Virus record (IMG/VR): IMGVR_UViG_3300045918_000243
Source: a virus
Length of the DNA: 15,570 nucleotides
Strand: one strand, 5' to 3'
Each line of letters opens with the position of its first letter. The first letter of the stretch is position 1. Position numbers and translations under genes: made by a program. Below are positions 13,271-15,570 of the stretch, piece after piece. The notes under the pieces are model-generated. The model was not told the origin of the DNA. It saw only the letters and a list, made by a program, of their open reading frames with translations, and did not search any database.

Positions 13271-13304
13271 GGAAACGCCCCCCCTCGTTTTCGTTTCTTA
13301 TTCT
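13271..13304 (+). terminator. Weak intrinsic-terminator-like hairpin plus T-rich tail downstream of the HNH gene
   Basis: ggaaacg (13271-77) pairs with cgttttc (13086+200-13292, i.e. 13286-13292), 7 bp with one G-T wobble, around the loop ccccccct, which begins with a C7 run. It is followed by gtttcttattct. Confidence 0.3.
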
Positions 13305-13342
13305 GAGGTCCGCGTGAATATGTGGGGGTATTAGATTAGTAG

Positions 13343-13371
13343 TTGAAAGATTAAGTAGTGTCTATTAGTTT
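13343..13371 (+). promoter_or_regulatory. Sigma-70/SigA-like promoter candidate (TTGAAA-17-TAGTTT)
   Basis: ttgaaa (13343-48), a 17-nt spacer, then tagttt (13366-71). It lies about 35 nt upstream of the first ORF of the terminase/structural gene string. Confidence 0.3.
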
Positions 13372-13405
13372 TCATTAGATGGCATTAGATTGGTTAGGGG
13401 ACCGG

Positions 13406-13582
13406 ATGAACTCGGCAGAATACGCATGGCGCGGTGGGTTCCAGACGGGCCGCGATTCCGTGGTGGAACAAGTGTGGGCTTTCATCCGTGACCACGGAAC
13501 CCCGGTCACCGGGAAGGGCGAAACGACAATTAGCGTGGACGCACTGTTCGCGGTCATAGATCCTCGGAGGGATGGCACATGA
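13406..13582 (+). CDS. 58-aa hypothetical protein upstream of the small terminase
   Basis: ATG 13406 is preceded by AGGGGA (13396-13401). Track ORF 13379..13582 starts inside the repeat array. Its stop overlaps the next ATG (ATGA). Confidence 0.5.
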   Translation: MNSAEYAWRGGFQTGRDSVVEQVWAFIRDHGTPVTGKGETTISVDALFAVIDPRRDGT

Positions 13583-13911
13583 CGGACACGATGTTCAGCG
13601 CCCCACGTCGGAAGCAGGGGGCGGCGGAAGCGCTGCTGTCGAAGACTCTGCGGGCGTGGCATGAGTCTGGGCATCTGGCTGGGGACGCCTACGCCGTCCA
13701 CCGGGGCATCCTTCGGGACGCTGCACGGGCTGTGGATGCTGCTAGGGCCGCGTCTAGGAACGGTGAGTGTTCGGACCACACGTTTGCACGGGTGAACAAG
13801 ATGTTCCTTGAATCGGTGCAGGCTTTCGCCCCTGGAGAGGAGCCTAGCCATGACGATATTGACGCCCTTATCGCCAATATCAGCGGCGGCCCCACGATTC
13901 ACCACGGCTAG
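13579..13911 (+). CDS. Putative terminase small subunit
   Basis: 110 aa, predicted helical, immediately upstream of and overlapping the large terminase. The call is by position and size only. Confidence 0.45.
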   Translation: MTDTMFSAPRRKQGAAEALLSKTLRAWHESGHLAGDAYAVHRGILRDAARAVDAARAASRNGECSDHTFARVNKMFLESVQAFAPGEEPSHDDIDALIANISGGPTIHHG

Positions 13912-15274
13912 GAATTCCGCTAACCCCACCCATGGTCCCGGTGTGGCTGCTGTCGCGCTGGCGCTGGGTTGGCCGCTGCTGCCGTGGCAACGGCACGTTG
14001 CAGACGTAGCGTGCGAGATTGACCCGTCTACGGGGACGTGGCGCTACCCGACAGTGGTCATTTCCACGCCCCGACAGGCAGGGAAGTCCAGTCTTTTGGG
14101 GGCGATTCTGACGCATCGGGCGATGACACAGCGCGATTCCCTGCACTGGTACACAGCGCAGACGGGGCTGGCGGCCCGTGACACATGGCGTAAATGGGAG
14201 TACAAACTCACCGAAACGATGCCGGGGCGCTGGCGTATGCGCCGTGCAGCTGGGGAGGAACGCGCCACCTTCCTAGCCACGAATAGTTTCGTCCGGGCGT
14301 TCCCACCCACGCCTAAGAGTCTGCACGGGCAGCAGGCGGACACCGTGGTCATTGACGAATGCTTCTCTTTCACCCCGGATCAAGGCGATTCCATACTGCA
14401 AGCGGTGGTCCCGACGCAGGCGACACGCCGTCAGCGCCAAATGTTCATTATCAGCACCGCCGGAAATGATGAGTCCGTGTGGTTCCGGGCGTGGATTGAG
14501 AAAGGGCGGGCCGCGTGCCTAGACCCTCACTCCTCTATCGCGTTCTTTGAGTGGTCCGCGCCCGACGATGCCCCAATTGACGACCAAGAGACGTGGCGGA
14601 CATTCCATCCGGGTTACCCGATGCTGATAGATGACGCGGCTATGGCAGCAGCCATGGACCAATTCGGCCCGGAGGGGTTCGCTAGGGGCTACCTGAACCG
14701 CTGGCCCACAGCGGAACTCTCTTGGCGGGCGGGTTGGCCCGCCCTGGCATCCGTAGACGTCCTACCCGCTGACGCTCCCGTGTTCATCGCAGCGGACGCC
14801 GCCCCGAACCACCGCACAGCCGCCATCGTCGCCGCCGGGTCACTCCCCGATGGGCGGGTAGCCGTGGAAGTCCTGTCCACAGGTGACGGTGTGGAATGGG
14901 TGCTACCCCGCCTAGCGGATCTCCACCGCAAGCACCGGTGCCGGATCGTCATCCAACGCACCGGGCCACTCGGCTACATGATCGAGGAGCTAGAACGTGC
15001 CGGTGTGAGGGTGACAGCGGCGACGGAAGCGGACTACGGGGACGCGGTGGCACGGTTCCGCACCATGGCCGCTGCCGGGGAACTCGCCCACCAGTCCGAC
15101 CCGCGCCTGAATTCTGCCGTGGATGGGGCCGTGTCCCGGAAGCGTGGGGACCGGGAAGTGTGGTCACGGAAAGACGCCAACGTAGATCTGGCCCCACTGG
15201 TGGCGGCGACGTTCGCTGTGTGGCAGGCGGCTACCCCGCCACCCGTCCCCATGGTCATATCCCTACCCCGGTGA
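13850..15274 (+). CDS. Terminase large subunit
   Basis: Walker A-like STPRQAGKSS, Walker B-like ADTVVIDECF and the coupling motif IISTAG are present, followed by a C-terminal nuclease-size domain. ATG 13850 follows GGAGAGGAG (13835-43). Alternatives are the track start at 13808 and GTG 13943. Confidence 0.85.
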   Translation: MTILTPLSPISAAAPRFTTARNSANPTHGPGVAAVALALGWPLLPWQRHVADVACEIDPSTGTWRYPTVVISTPRQAGKSSLLGAILTHRAMTQRDSLHWYTAQTGLAARDTWRKWEYKLTETMPGRWRMRRAAGEERATFLATNSFVRAFPPTPKSLHGQQADTVVIDECFSFTPDQGDSILQAVVPTQATRRQRQMFIISTAGNDESVWFRAWIEKGRAACLDPHSSIAFFEWSAPDDAPIDDQETWRTFHPGYPMLIDDAAMAAAMDQFGPEGFARGYLNRWPTAELSWRAGWPALASVDVLPADAPVFIAADAAPNHRTAAIVAAGSLPDGRVAVEVLSTGDGVEWVLPRLADLHRKHRCRIVIQRTGPLGYMIEELERAGVRVTAATEADYGDAVARFRTMAAAGELAHQSDPRLNSAVDGAVSRKRGDREVWSRKDANVDLAPLVAATFAVWQAATPPPVPMVISLPR

Positions 15275-15311
15275 GTGGTATTCTGGAAGTGAGTCACGGA
15301 GGGGACTAAAA

Positions 15312-15476
15312 ATGACTATCAAACGTTTCGCGCTGGCTTTCCTACTGTCCGCCATCATCCTGAGTATCGGGTTCGCGGCGGTAGTCTTCACTAATACGCC
15401 CGGAATGCTCGGGCTTATCCCCGTTTTCGGGTTAGCGGTTCTCCCTTTCGCGGCATTGGCGAAAGTCTCCCACTAA
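15312..15476 (+). CDS. 54-aa two-helix membrane micro-protein between the terminase and the portal
   Basis: ATG 15312 follows GGAGGGG (15298-15304). The product is MTIKRFALAFLLSAIILSIGFAAVVFTNTPGMLGLIPVFGLAVLPFAALAKVSH. Its 3' end lies in the terminal repeat and is also present at 1..33. Confidence 0.5.
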   Translation: MTIKRFALAFLLSAIILSIGFAAVVFTNTPGMLGLIPVFGLAVLPFAALAKVSH

Positions 15477-15570
15477 TCTATGCCGTCTAATGTCCACCTC
15501 CGTGGGATGTTTATCCCGTGGCATTATGGAATCGCGGCACCCGACTAATTGAGCGGGCGGAATCTGTAGC
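15444..15570. repeat. Right copy of the exact 127-bp terminal direct repeat
   Basis: Identical to 1..127. Unit genome length is therefore 15,443 bp. Confidence 0.95.

Larger units (their letters stand above)
13214..13405. promoter_or_regulatory. AT-rich intergenic region with an ATTAGAT/GATTAG repeat array; candidate cos/packaging-recognition and promoter region
   Basis: By hand count, G+C is about 39% over 13211-13380, in a genome that otherwise looks about 60% or more. It lies between the HNH gene and the terminase genes. The repeats are listed in the findings. Confidence 0.5.

Noticed and set aside
13184-13393. Short direct repeats in the AT-rich region as a CRISPR array
   Set aside because: The repeat units are only 7-10 bp, occur in both orientations and lack regularly spaced unique spacers. 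There are no cas genes.
68-15297. All minus-strand ORFs in the track (e.g. 1051..1620, 4944..5360, 5803..6291, 6690..7016, 11150..11542, 13375..13929, 14044..14373)
   Set aside because: Each lies fully antisense to a well-supported + strand gene. Their translations are Arg/Pro/Ser/Gly-rich and of low complexity, as expected for shadow frames in high-GC DNA. None has an SD or a coupling context. The whole genome reads as one co-directional gene string.
1-15570. Apparent abundance of CTAG and of CTA Leu codons, as a restriction-avoidance or methylation signature
   Set aside because: A rough hand tally of about 60 CTAG sites is close to the number expected from base composition, about 50-55. 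It is neither enriched nor depleted enough to support a claim without a proper k-mer statistic.

Overview
The window is one complete, circularly closed copy of a very small (unit length about 15,443 bp) high-GC tailed-phage genome. Bases 1..127 are identical to 15444..15570, so the two ends overlap. Every supportable gene is on the + strand and most are joined by 1-8 nt start/stop overlaps (ATGA, TAATG, TGATG, GTGA). The order, read around the circle, is as follows:
- AT-rich intergenic region
- 58-aa ORF
- putative small terminase
- large terminase
- 54-aa membrane ORF
- portal
- a single ORF fusing an HK97-type prohead protease to the major capsid protein
- head-tail adaptor
- neck protein
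- major tail protein
- tail assembly chaperone, with an open -1 frame extension
- HK97 gp10-like neck gene, out of its usual position
- tape measure
- two minor tail proteins, the second glycine-rich
- 40-aa acidic micro-ORF
- amidase endolysin
- 22-aa hydrophobic micro-ORF
- holin-like membrane protein
- 83-aa unknown
- 157-aa zinc-ribbon protein
- a run of translationally coupled 42-74 aa micro-ORFs, mostly carrying Cys/His motifs, interrupted by a roughly 366-bp hairpin- and repeat-rich stretch with no callable gene
- HNH endonuclease

I found no tRNA, CRISPR array, integrase, repressor, polymerase, primase or helicase. The layout resembles the miniature siphoviruses of Actinobacteria (roughly 14-17 kb genomes). 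That resemblance rests on architecture only, not on a database match. The items most worth follow-up are the Cys-motif micro-ORF array with internal paralogy, the noncoding island inside it, the recurring GTGGCTAA gene junction, the internal SD+ATG at the protease/capsid boundary, and the ATTAGAT repeat array next to the HNH/terminase genes.
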